Shown: positions 7,577 through 16,125 of the stretch, one piece after another | Numbering within the stretch: the stretch's first letter is position 1 | Layout: each line of letters starts with the position of its first letter | Virus record (IMG/VR): IMGVR_UViG_3300042997_000260 | Location: 1-34,409 of that record | From: a virus | Taxonomy: Duplodnaviria > Caudoviricetes | Length of the DNA: 34,409 bases | Reading direction: 5' to 3' (one strand) | The notes under the pieces: model-generated | Seen by the model: the letters and a program-made list of their open reading frames with translations, nothing else | Told to the model about the DNA's origin: nothing | Database searches by the model: none | Program-made: the position numbers and the translations under genes

Positions 7577-8023
7577 ATGAAACCTGCGGATAGACAAAAC
7601 CTTCAAAAGTACATCGAAGATCGCAGCGTCATTGAACCTAATTCAGGTTGTTGGCTGTGGCTTTTGTCTGATGGAAGCCATGGATATCCGCAGGGTTCGA
7701 TGCCAGATGCAACTGGACAGCGTGTGTCTCTTGCACACAGGATGTCGTACCTGGCGTTCAAAGGTGAAGTGCCGAATGGTTACGACATAGATCACCTTTG
7801 TCGCATTAAATGTTGCGTCAATCCCGATCACCTAGAGGCGACCACCAAACACGCCAATCGTGCGCGGCAAAACGGGAAAAAAGTTTCTGCCCATCACACA
7901 GTGACAGATGGATGCACGACGTGCGGAGCAACTTATCGTGTTGTCGGCAATGCGATTGTCTGCCCAGAATGCAAAAGTCTAGCGCAGGCGAGATACAAGC
8001 GGCGCAAGCTTGAGAGCGCATAA
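7577..8023 (+). CDS. Free-standing HNH homing endonuclease
   Basis: SGCWLW, GYP, AHRMSY, IDHLCRIKCCVNPDHLEA and N motifs, C-terminal CxxC...CxxC; AT-richer than the flanks. Confidence 0.9.
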   Translation: MKPADRQNLQKYIEDRSVIEPNSGCWLWLLSDGSHGYPQGSMPDATGQRVSLAHRMSYLAFKGEVPNGYDIDHLCRIKCCVNPDHLEATTKHANRARQNGKKVSAHHTVTDGCTTCGATYRVVGNAIVCPECKSLAQARYKRRKLESA

Positions 8024-8053
8024 AAAAGCCCCCAGCGCAGACACGCTGGGGGC
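8022..8053. terminator. GC-rich hairpin, possible intrinsic terminator
   Basis: GCCCCCAGCG-N6-CGCTGGGGGC (8028-8053) preceded by A6, which is a U-tract on the minus strand. Confidence 0.6.
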
Positions 8054-8109
8054 AAGTTATCCAGGCAGGAAGAGTGTCAAACAGGCCAGGAAGCCACGGG
8101 AACAATACA

Positions 8110-10302
8110 ATGCAAGACAAACTACTGCAAGCACAGCCTGACCAGATCGAAAGCTTCATCCGCTACATCACAGACGGATGGGATGAGGTCGGCCCAGCAC
8201 AGATAGAGCTGCGCTGCATCTCGGCCACCAGACAGGTCAGCGCCGCACGCTTCAAGCACACCGACATCAACGACGCAGTGCAGCACGCGCAGGCCATGAA
8301 CGCGGCGCACCAGAACGTCTACATGTGCATCAACCCAATCAGATGGGACGCCCAGATCCCGGCGGGCAAAGCCGCCAAGGACACCGACATCCTGGCCGCC
8401 CTCTACTGCTTCGCAGATGCCGACAGCGACAACTCCATGCGCAACGTCGTCGCACTGGCAGGCCCGCAGTTTACCATGAGCGTCAAGACAGGCACGACGC
8501 CCTATGTCCGAGGCCACGCATACTGGCGCCTCGAAGAGCCGTGCTACAACCTCGACGCATGGCGTGGCGTGCAGGCCAGCATCGCCGCCAGCCTCGGAAC
8601 AGATCCAGCCGTGATCAACCCATCCCGCATCATGCGCGTGGCCGGCACCGTGTCATGGCCAAACGACGACAAGAAGAGCAGAGGCTACCAGCCCGAGCTG
8701 ACAACCTTGCGCACAGAGTTCAGCACCGATCGCGATCCTGTCCCCTTCGAGCGGATGATGCGAGCCTTCCCGCCCACACAGCAGCGCACCACAGCATCAG
8801 CCGACGCACCCGCAGGCACAGGCATCCAGATCGATCTGGGCCAGCAAGCTATGGACCGCGCCCTCGCAGAAGCCGACATCCTGCAAGGCAACAACTGGCA
8901 CGCCAACATCATCCGCCTCGTCGCCTCATACGTCTCACGCGGCCTGGCCGACAGCGAGATCCACGCCCTCACCGATCGCCTAACCCTCACAGGCTACACC
9001 ACCGAAGACACACGCAGAGAAGTGCAACAAGCGATCGACGGCGCCAGAGCCAAGGGCTGGACACCGCAGCCCGATCCCGTCCAGCAAAAGATGGCCGAGC
9101 AAGTGCCAGCCCAAACCTTTGACGCGCCAGCGCCAGAACAACAGGCCGACCAAGCAACCTGGCCAACCCCGATCGAAGACTTCAACCCGCTCACCCTGCC
9201 ACGCAGGCAGTGGATCTACGGTCGAACCTACATCAGGGGCTACGTCAGCCTCACAGCATCAGCCGGCGGCATCGGCAAGACCAGCCTCACAATGGTCGAG
9301 GCCGTCGCCATAGCCACAGGCCGCAAGCTCCTAGACCAAGACGTTCACGAGCGCACAAAGGTCTGGCTGGTCAACCTCGAAGACCCGCGCAGCGAAAGCC
9401 TCCTGCGCCTCGCAGCCGTCATGCAGCACTACAGCATCGCTCACAAAGATCTGGCAGGCTGGCTTTTCCTCGACGGGGAAGATGACATCCGCATCACACT
9501 GGCCGCCGAAACAAGAGACGGCGTGACAGAGAACGACGCGCTGCTGAACTACATGATCAACAAAGTCAAAGCCTTGGGCATAGGGGTGATCCTGATAGAT
9601 CCCCTGATCAGTGCGCACATGGTCAATGAGAACTCCAACATGGCCGTGCAGGTGGTCGTCGCCATGCTGCGCAAGCTGGCCAGAGAGACAGGCGCATCCG
9701 TCCACCCAGTACACCACATCCGCAAAGGCAACGGAGACGATGCAACAGTCGATAGCGTCAGAGGCGCCAACGCCCTCATCGGCGCAGCCCGAGCAGCCAG
9801 AGTACTGAACAAGGTATCCGAAGAAGCCGCCGAAAAGCTGGGCCTCGAAGGCGATGCAGGCAGAGGCATCTTTAGAGCAGACGATGCCAAATCAAACCTC
9901 GCAGCACCGGCAGACAAAGCCACCTACATGCAAACCATCGGCGTGCAAATCGCCAACGGCGAACACATCGCAGTCGTGCGCACCGTCAACCTGCCAGATG
10001 CCTTCGAAGGCGTCACAGCAGAGGCCGCAATGAAGTGCCAGCGTGCCATCGGCAAAGCAGCCGAAGACGAACCACTCAGAGAAAGCTCACAAGCCAAAGC
10101 CTGGGTCGGTCACACCATCGGAGAGATCCTCGACATCGACACCACAGAGAAGTCAGGCAAAGGCCGCGTCACAGCCATCCTCAAACAATGGGTCAAGACA
10201 GACGTGCTGCGGGTCGAGAAAATGCCAGACCCACGACAAGGACGAGAGATCTCAGTGGTGGTCGTAGGCACATGGATCAACCGCGATGAGGCCGGATTGT
10301 GA
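8110..10302 (+). CDS. Primase-helicase fusion (RepB-like primase plus AAA_25/RepA-type helicase)
   Basis: N-terminal NVYMCINP, FADAD, HAYW and DPAVINPSRIMRVAGT; C-terminal Walker A GGIGKT, NLED, Walker B VILIDP, HHIRK, RGANAL and KSN. An alternative GTG start lies at 8074. Confidence 0.88.
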   Translation: MQDKLLQAQPDQIESFIRYITDGWDEVGPAQIELRCISATRQVSAARFKHTDINDAVQHAQAMNAAHQNVYMCINPIRWDAQIPAGKAAKDTDILAALYCFADADSDNSMRNVVALAGPQFTMSVKTGTTPYVRGHAYWRLEEPCYNLDAWRGVQASIAASLGTDPAVINPSRIMRVAGTVSWPNDDKKSRGYQPELTTLRTEFSTDRDPVPFERMMRAFPPTQQRTTASADAPAGTGIQIDLGQQAMDRALAEADILQGNNWHANIIRLVASYVSRGLADSEIHALTDRLTLTGYTTEDTRREVQQAIDGARAKGWTPQPDPVQQKMAEQVPAQTFDAPAPEQQADQATWPTPIEDFNPLTLPRRQWIYGRTYIRGYVSLTASAGGIGKTSLTMVEAVAIATGRKLLDQDVHERTKVWLVNLEDPRSESLLRLAAVMQHYSIAHKDLAGWLFLDGEDDIRITLAAETRDGVTENDALLNYMINKVKALGIGVILIDPLISAHMVNENSNMAVQVVVAMLRKLARETGASVHPVHHIRKGNGDDATVDSVRGANALIGAARAARVLNKVSEEAAEKLGLEGDAGRGIFRADDAKSNLAAPADKATYMQTIGVQIANGEHIAVVRTVNLPDAFEGVTAEAAMKCQRAIGKAAEDEPLRESSQAKAWVGHTIGEILDIDTTEKSGKGRVTAILKQWVKTDVLRVEKMPDPRQGREISVVVVGTWINRDEAGL

Positions 10303-10328
10303 GCCAGAAAAGCGTGACAAAAAAGCAT

Positions 10329-10470
10329 CCTCACCTGCTGTTTTTAGGTGAGGAAAAGGTGAGGAAAGGTGAGGAAGAATACCACCTGAACCTTACCTCC
10401 TCACCCCCCCTATATAGGGGTGAGGAAGGTGAGGAGGTGAGGAAGGTAAGTGAGGTGGTGAGGTGAGGAA
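10329..10470. repeat. GGTGAGG iteron array, putative replication origin
   Basis: 8 direct GGTGAGG and 2 inverted CCTCACC copies; near-palindrome CCTCACCCC..TATATA..GGGGTGAGG centred at 10411-10416; immediately downstream of the primase-helicase. Confidence 0.75.
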
Positions 10471-10488
10471 GACAAGAGGAGAGACATC

Positions 10489-11070
10489 GTGACAGAACAG
10501 AGACCGCAAAAGCCAAGGCGTGAGAGGAAGTCGGATCGGCTCATCCATCCAGCCGCAACGGCAACCCAGATCATGTGTGACTTTGCACTCGCACCGTTTG
10601 ATCGCATGGCAAGTGACATGGACCACAAGTGGGGCATCGATCGGCTCGTTGAGCTGGTGCCGGCAGACGTGGCGGCAAAGTACGGCTCAGCAATGGCCAA
10701 GCTCAACGCTGCGATCGATGCGCAAGATCCAAATGAGGTGGCGACCAGAGCATCGGTTTGCGTGAGAGGGATGCAGGCTATGGATCAGATAGCCTCGCAG
10801 GCTCACGGAGAGCCTCCTACAGCGCAGGTGTGGGTTGTTGAGGCAGATGGGTATACCTTCGGCCTGATGCGCGATCCTAGGGCCTGGCAGAGAGCGCAGG
10901 AGGCGTATCCAAAGCTTGAGCTGATCACCGAGCGCGAAATGGTCCTAGCGCTGACCATGTACCGACGTAGCCTCGCCAAAGAAATGATCGACGCAGCCAA
11001 GGCAGCATTCCCAGGCGCAGAGGTCACAGCCATCAGAGACATGGAGCTGGAAGATGACTTACCTTTCTGA
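10489..11070 (+). CDS. Hypothetical protein with SSB-like C-terminal tail
   Basis: GTG start after GAGGAG; 193 aa ending in ELEDDLPF. Confidence 0.8.
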   Translation: MTEQRPQKPRRERKSDRLIHPAATATQIMCDFALAPFDRMASDMDHKWGIDRLVELVPADVAAKYGSAMAKLNAAIDAQDPNEVATRASVCVRGMQAMDQIASQAHGEPPTAQVWVVEADGYTFGLMRDPRAWQRAQEAYPKLELITEREMVLALTMYRRSLAKEMIDAAKAAFPGAEVTAIRDMELEDDLPF

Positions 11071-11230
11071 CCACGAGGCAATCATCACCACAGATACAGC
11101 CGTCATCCTCACCACAAGGCCAGACGGCGTCTACGTCTGGCAACACGGAACACCGATCGGCAAACTGCCAGCAACAGCCTGCCTGAACTTCATCAGGCAA
11201 ATCCTCAACACAGTGGATCTCAAAACATGA
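11054..11230 (+). CDS. Small hypothetical protein
   Basis: Hand-translated MTYLSDHEAIITTDTAVILTTRPDGVYVWQHGTPIGKLPATACLNFIRQILNTVDLKT*; fills the gap with an ATGA overlap downstream. Confidence 0.6.
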   Translation: MTYLSDHEAIITTDTAVILTTRPDGVYVWQHGTPIGKLPATACLNFIRQILNTVDLKT

Positions 11231-11490
11231 ACAAGCTCGAAGCTTGGCGCAAAGCCAAGAACCTCACATACCAAGACATGGCACAGCGACTAGGACATCC
11301 AACCACCGGCCTGGTCACCAGATGGTGCCTGCATCCAGACCACCAATCCTACCTGAACCCAGAACCTGAGCATCAAGTACACATCCAAATGATGACCCTG
11401 GGCGAAGTCACACCAAACACTTGGACCGATGGGCAGATTGATGTACCATCCACCAAACCCCAAGGAGGACGAAATGGGCGGAAACAATAA
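11227..11490 (+). CDS. XRE/Cro-family HTH protein
   Basis: LEAWRKAKNLTYQDMAQRLG...VTRW...TLGEVTPN pattern. Confidence 0.75.
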   Translation: MNKLEAWRKAKNLTYQDMAQRLGHPTTGLVTRWCLHPDHQSYLNPEPEHQVHIQMMTLGEVTPNTWTDGQIDVPSTKPQGGRNGRKQ

Positions 11491-11935
11491 AGGCCATGTG
11501 GTCAAAGTCACAAAGGCCATCATGACCGAAGTCGCTGAACGCATGGCAATGGGCGAAAACCTCCTGCACATCGTGGACGATCCACACATGCCATCCTATC
11601 GCGCCATCACATCAGCCGTCGCACGCGATGAGCAGATGTTCGAGATCTACCGCCAAGGCCGCATCATGCAAGCCGAGTGGCACAGCGATCGCATCAACAA
11701 ACTCGCAATGGCCGAGCTGCCAAAGACACACGCAGACGGAACGCCATGCGATGGACGCTGGCTTGGCGCAGAGATCCAGCGACGCAAGCTGGAGATCGAA
11801 ACGCTGCGATGGACACTGGCACGCAGCCAACCGCATGGCATCAGAGACCGCAAAGAAGATGCTCCTGCGCAGCAGTCGATCACCATCAGTTGGGCGGGAG
11901 GAGATCACGCGGTTGATGCGAAGGCAGGTGAATGA
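11474..11935 (+). CDS. terS: Terminase small subunit
   Basis: ERMAMGENLLHIVDDPHMPSYRAI...YRQGRIMQAE...RKLEIETLRW resembles Sf6-type TerS; lies upstream of terL; RBS AAGGAGG before ATG 11474. Confidence 0.75.
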   Translation: MGGNNKGHVVKVTKAIMTEVAERMAMGENLLHIVDDPHMPSYRAITSAVARDEQMFEIYRQGRIMQAEWHSDRINKLAMAELPKTHADGTPCDGRWLGAEIQRRKLEIETLRWTLARSQPHGIRDRKEDAPAQQSITISWAGGDHAVDAKAGE

Positions 11936-12005
11936 CCTATATATCAGACGCGCTGCCTGCCGAATTACGCGCGGGTGGTGCGGCTGCTCTGGCATATTAC
12001 ATAAT

Positions 12006-12220
12006 GTGTCTTATCGGATAATGGAATGCAGCGTTATCAATGGGTTAGCGATGGGCGGATTATCCGATGCGACACCCCGACAGCTTGGCGTTATGAATGG
12101 CTTGGCTGTCGGGGATGTGCTGGCTGCAAAGCATACCCCCCGTGATTTTCCGCAGCAATATCAATGGCCTACCCGGTCGGGACCGCTAGAATTCACGGCC
12201 CCGACCCCCCACCCCCCGCC
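12006..12220. promoter_or_regulatory. Putative packaging/terminus region with IHF-like boxes and inverted repeats
   Basis: TATCAATGGGTTA (12035-12047) is an exact WATCAANNNNTTR match; TATGAATGGCTTG (12092-12104) and TATCAATGGCCTA (12159-12171) each have one mismatch; inverted repeats at 12006-22/12059-75 and 12075-84/12105-14. Confidence 0.55.
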
Positions 12221-12285
12221 AGACGACCCGCCGATCTATAGGGCGATATGACGGGTCTACGAAACATCCACACACTGAGGCTGCC

Positions 12286-13575
12286 ATGTCTTCCAAGATC
12301 CAGAACGTCGTGATTCCGTATGCCCCTCGGCCATTGCAGCGTGAGTTGCACGCGCAGATGGATGCCAAGCGGTGGGGTGTGGTTGTGTGTCACCGCCGAT
12401 TTGGCAAGACGGTTTGGGCGATCAATCACATTTTGCGTGATGCGATCATGTCGCAGAAGTCGAATCCTCGGTATGCGTACATGGCGCCCACCTACAGGCA
12501 GGCGAAGAACGTGGCGTGGGATTATTTGAAGCAGTTTGCTGGTGCGATTCCTGGTGTGAAGTTTCACGAGACGGAATTACGGTGTGACTTGCCGACGGGT
12601 GGTCGGATTAGCTTGCTCGGTGCTGAGAACCCCGACAGCCTAAGAGGCATTTACTTGGACGGCTGCGTGATGGACGAGGTTGCGCAGATGCCTGAGAATG
12701 TTTTCCCTGAGGTTATTCGTCCTGCTTTGTCGGATCGAAAGGGTTGGGCTGTGTTTGTTGGCACGCCGAAGGGTCACAATGCTTTTTACGATTTGTATGA
12801 GCAGGCCAGCGGCAATGACGATTGGCTGTGTGTTGTGAACAAGGCCAGCGAGACGGGTATCTTGGATGAGGAGGAATTGACGGCTGCGCAGCAGACGATG
12901 ACGGATGACCAGTACCAGCAGGAGTTTGAGTGCAGTTGGAATGCGAACATTCCTGGTTCGATTTATGGGAAGGAGTTGGAGGCTGCGCAGGCTGGTGGTC
13001 GGATTTGCAAGGTTCCGTATGATCCTGCGCATAGGGTTGATACGTGGTGGGATTTGGGGGTTGGGGATAGCACGGCGATTTGGTTTACGCAGACGGTTGG
13101 TCGTGCGGTACATGTGATTGATTTCTATGAGGCTCGGAACGAGGGCTTGCCGCATTATTGTGAGGTGTTGAACAAGCGGGGATATTTGTACGGGACACAT
13201 AATGCGCCGCATGATATAGAGGTTCGGGAGTTGGGAAGCGGGAAGAGTCGGCGTGAGGTTGCTTGGGACTTGGGTTTGAACTTTCGGGTTGTGCCTAGGT
13301 TACCGATTGAGGATGGCATTCATGCGGCTCAGATGTTGATCCCGCGTTTGTGGTTTGACCGGGATCGGTGTAATGTTGGTTTGGAGGCATTGCGGTCGTA
13401 TCATCGTGCGTACAATGAGCGGACGCGGAGTTTTCGGGCGAATCCTGTGCATGATTGGACGAGTCATGCGTCTGATGCGTTTCGGTACTTTGCGGTTGGG
13501 TATAGAGAGGCTGGGCCTATGTTGAAGGCCCCACAACGGCAGGCGGAGATGGATTACGATCCGTTTGCGGCATGA
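12286..13575 (+). CDS. terL: Terminase large subunit
   Basis: HRRFGKT Walker A, APTYRQAK, LRGIYLDGCVMDE Walker B, GTPKG, WDLG nuclease motif and HASDAFRY. Confidence 0.96.
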   Translation: MSSKIQNVVIPYAPRPLQRELHAQMDAKRWGVVVCHRRFGKTVWAINHILRDAIMSQKSNPRYAYMAPTYRQAKNVAWDYLKQFAGAIPGVKFHETELRCDLPTGGRISLLGAENPDSLRGIYLDGCVMDEVAQMPENVFPEVIRPALSDRKGWAVFVGTPKGHNAFYDLYEQASGNDDWLCVVNKASETGILDEEELTAAQQTMTDDQYQQEFECSWNANIPGSIYGKELEAAQAGGRICKVPYDPAHRVDTWWDLGVGDSTAIWFTQTVGRAVHVIDFYEARNEGLPHYCEVLNKRGYLYGTHNAPHDIEVRELGSGKSRREVAWDLGLNFRVVPRLPIEDGIHAAQMLIPRLWFDRDRCNVGLEALRSYHRAYNERTRSFRANPVHDWTSHASDAFRYFAVGYREAGPMLKAPQRQAEMDYDPFAA

Positions 13576-13585
13576 GGTGATGAGA

Positions 13586-14106
13586 TGGTGAAAAGCTTTG
13601 GGGATGTGATGCGCGATATTGGTCGTGCGTTGGGGTTTGGCGGTGGTGGCGGTGGTGGCGGTCAAGGAACTGGTCCTGGCGCTAATAGCGGCAACCTTGG
13701 CTCCTTGCTTTCTGGCCCATCGACCGGCTCGCTTGGACTTCCGTTTGGCAATTCCAGTTCTTCTGCGGTTACGGCTGTCGGAGATCGCGATCGCGATCGG
13801 GATCGTGGCGGTCGTGACAGGGATGGTCCGGCAACGCCTGTAGATCCTAAGAAGCCTGTAGATCCTGAGAAGCCTGTAGAGCCTGTAGAGCCTGTAGAGC
13901 CGCCAAAGCCGCCAAAGCCGCCAAAGCCGGTCAATCCGAGTGACATGACTTCCACTGGTCCTGTTGAGGACGCTGCGATTCAGAGTGTTCAGGGGGGCCA
14001 GGCGTCCACGATTTTGACGAGTGCGCAGGGTTTGTTGGCTGCAGAAGAGCCGATGGGCTTGCTGCGTCGTCGCCGATCGCTGATGGGCGGGGGCTTGATC
14101 CAATGA
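13586..14106 (+). CDS. Low-complexity virion-associated protein upstream of portal
   Basis: Poly-G, DR and PV(D/E)/PPK repeats; C-terminal STILTSAQGL motif of the kind seen in small pre-portal podovirus proteins. Confidence 0.7.
13837..13929 (+). repeat. Coding tandem repeats
   Basis: CCTGTAGATCCTRAGAAG x2, CCTGTAGAG x3 and CCGCCAAAG x3. Confidence 0.85.
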
Positions 14107-14306
14107 TGAATGGCAAGATGATTGCTGGCATGATGGGGCGCAAGTCGAACCAGGTTGCCAAGGGCATGTCGGCGTCTATTGACGTGGATCCTCTGGAGCG
14201 TTTGGAGCAGAAGATGGCTGGCCGCACTGAGGGTGGTGCGGTTAAGAAGAAGACGAAGGAAGATCGTGCGCGTCGGTCTTTGATGTCGAGCTATGGGGGC
14301 ATGTGA
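14103..14306 (+). CDS. Small basic hypothetical protein
   Basis: 67-aa ORF overlapping both neighbours by 4 nt. Confidence 0.7.
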   Translation: MMNGKMIAGMMGRKSNQVAKGMSASIDVDPLERLEQKMAGRTEGGAVKKKTKEDRARRSLMSSYGGM

Positions 14307-15910
14307 TGCAGGTTGATCCGCTGGTTGCGAAGCTTGATCGTCGTTATCAGGACTTGTCGAATTCCCGGTCGAATTGGGAGAAGCACTGGCAAGAGCTTGC
14401 GGATTACATGTTGCCGCGCAAGGCTGACATTACGAAGAAGCGTACTCAGGGTGACAAGCGCACTGAGTTGATTTTTGACGGCACGGCCATTCACGCGGTT
14501 GAGCTGTTGTCTGCTTCGTTGCATGGGATGATGACCAGCCCGAGTACGCCGTGGTTTTCCCTGCGGTATCGCAACACTGGTTTGCAGCGCAATGACGCGG
14601 CGAATGAGTGGTTGGAGGTGTGCATCGACCAGATGTACCAGGCGTTTCATCGGTCGAACTTCCAGCAGGAAGTGCATGAGCTGTACTATGACTTGGTGGT
14701 GTTTGGCACGGGTGCCATTTACCTAGACATCGATGAAGATAATTTGCGGTTTGCAACTCGGCACATTGCCGAGATTTGCATTTCTGAGGACTCGCGCGGT
14801 GTCGTTGACACGGTGTATCGCAAGTTCAAGATGACGGCTCGGGCTATGGCGCAGCAGTTTGGGGACAAGTTGCCCACTGGCGTGCTGAATGACGTGAAGA
14901 ACGAGCCGTACAAAGAGCATGAGATTGTCCATGTAGTTTATCCGCGTGGTGAGACGAAGGGCAAGGCGGCGAAGAACAAGCCGGTTGCGTCGGTTTATTA
15001 TCACAAGGCGACCAAGGCTCTGTTGTCTGAGAGCGGGTTTGACGAATTCCCGTTCATGGTCCCTCGATTTGTGAAGGATTCGGTTTCGACGTATGGCCGA
15101 TCGCCCGCCATGACGGCGCTGCCGGACGTGAAGATGCTGAACAAGATGTCGGAGACGACGATCCGTGCGGCTCAGAAGCAGGTGGATCCGCCGCTGATGG
15201 CGCCGGATGATGGGTTTATACTGCCTGTTCGCACGACGCCTGGATCTTTGAACTTCTACCGGGCCGGCACGCGCGATCGGATTGAGCCTTTGCAGATTGG
15301 CGCGAACAATCCGCTTGGTTTGAACATGGAAGAGCAGCGCCGGATGGCTATTCGCCAGGCGTTTTATGTGGATCAGTTGCTGTTGGCGCAGGGTTCTGCG
15401 ATGACGGCGACCGAGGTGTTGCAACGGAATGAAGAGAAGATGCGGTTGCTTGGGCCGGTTCTGGGCCGTTTGCAATCGGAGCTGCTGCAGCCTCTGATCT
15501 CTCGCTCCTTTGCACTGCTCCTCAGGGCCGGTCTTCTCCCTCCCGCCCCTGAGGAGCTACAAGGTCAGGACATCGACATTGAGTATGTGTCGCCGCTGGC
15601 GAAGGCTCAGAAGCTGACGGATCTGCAGTCAATGCTGCGCGGGTTTGAGGTAATGATGCAGGTGGCCGAGATTGCGCCTGTGATGGATTACTTGGATTCT
15701 GACAAGCTGGTGCAGTATCTGGTCGAGGTGACGGGCATTCCTGCGCGGGTTATCCGATCGGATGAAGAGGTTGCCCGTATTCGCCGGCAGGCTCAGCAGG
15801 CGCAGCAACAGCAGGCGCAGATGCAGCAGGCGATGATGCAGAGCGAGCAGGCCAAGAACGTGGCGCCGCTCGTTAAGGCTGTGGGCGGCTTGCCTGAGGG
15901 CATGGTATGA
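14303..15910 (+). CDS. Portal (head-tail connector, T7 gp8/BPP-1 type)
   Basis: IFDGTA, YGRSPAMTALPD, MTATEVLQRNEEKMRLLGPVLGRLQSELLQPL and IEYVSPLAKAQ motifs; Gln-rich C-terminus. Confidence 0.95.
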   Translation: MMQVDPLVAKLDRRYQDLSNSRSNWEKHWQELADYMLPRKADITKKRTQGDKRTELIFDGTAIHAVELLSASLHGMMTSPSTPWFSLRYRNTGLQRNDAANEWLEVCIDQMYQAFHRSNFQQEVHELYYDLVVFGTGAIYLDIDEDNLRFATRHIAEICISEDSRGVVDTVYRKFKMTARAMAQQFGDKLPTGVLNDVKNEPYKEHEIVHVVYPRGETKGKAAKNKPVASVYYHKATKALLSESGFDEFPFMVPRFVKDSVSTYGRSPAMTALPDVKMLNKMSETTIRAAQKQVDPPLMAPDDGFILPVRTTPGSLNFYRAGTRDRIEPLQIGANNPLGLNMEEQRRMAIRQAFYVDQLLLAQGSAMTATEVLQRNEEKMRLLGPVLGRLQSELLQPLISRSFALLLRAGLLPPAPEELQGQDIDIEYVSPLAKAQKLTDLQSMLRGFEVMMQVAEIAPVMDYLDSDKLVQYLVEVTGIPARVIRSDEEVARIRRQAQQAQQQQAQMQQAMMQSEQAKNVAPLVKAVGGLPEGMV

Positions 15911-16125
15911 AACAGATTGAAGAGATGAAGCTGGCGTATCGTCGGACCTTTAACACCGAAGACGGCCAGAAGGTATTAGCTGACCTCAAGTCGCGGTTTG
16001 CGTTTGAGGCCAGCACGTTTGTTCCTGGCGATCCTCACTATTCCGCCTTCAAGGAGGGGCAGCGTGATGCTGTGCTTTTGGTCGTCAGGATGCTCTCCGA
16101 AGGTGGGATTAGGGAAAACACATGA
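15907..16125 (+). CDS. Bbp19-like small protein
   Basis: YRRTFNTEDGQKVLADL...SAFKEGQRDAV; lies between portal and scaffold. Confidence 0.8.
   Translation: MKQIEEMKLAYRRTFNTEDGQKVLADLKSRFAFEASTFVPGDPHYSAFKEGQRDAVLLVVRMLSEGGIRENT

Noticed and set aside
10329-10470. Possible CRISPR array or peptide-coding repeat
   Set aside because: Units are 7-9 nt, irregularly spaced and in both orientations, with no unique spacers or cas genes.
11628-12251. 207-aa ORF crossing the terS-terL gap
   Set aside because: It overlaps terS out of frame, and the apparent protein repeats are just the DNA boxes. A shorter ORF here cannot be fully excluded.
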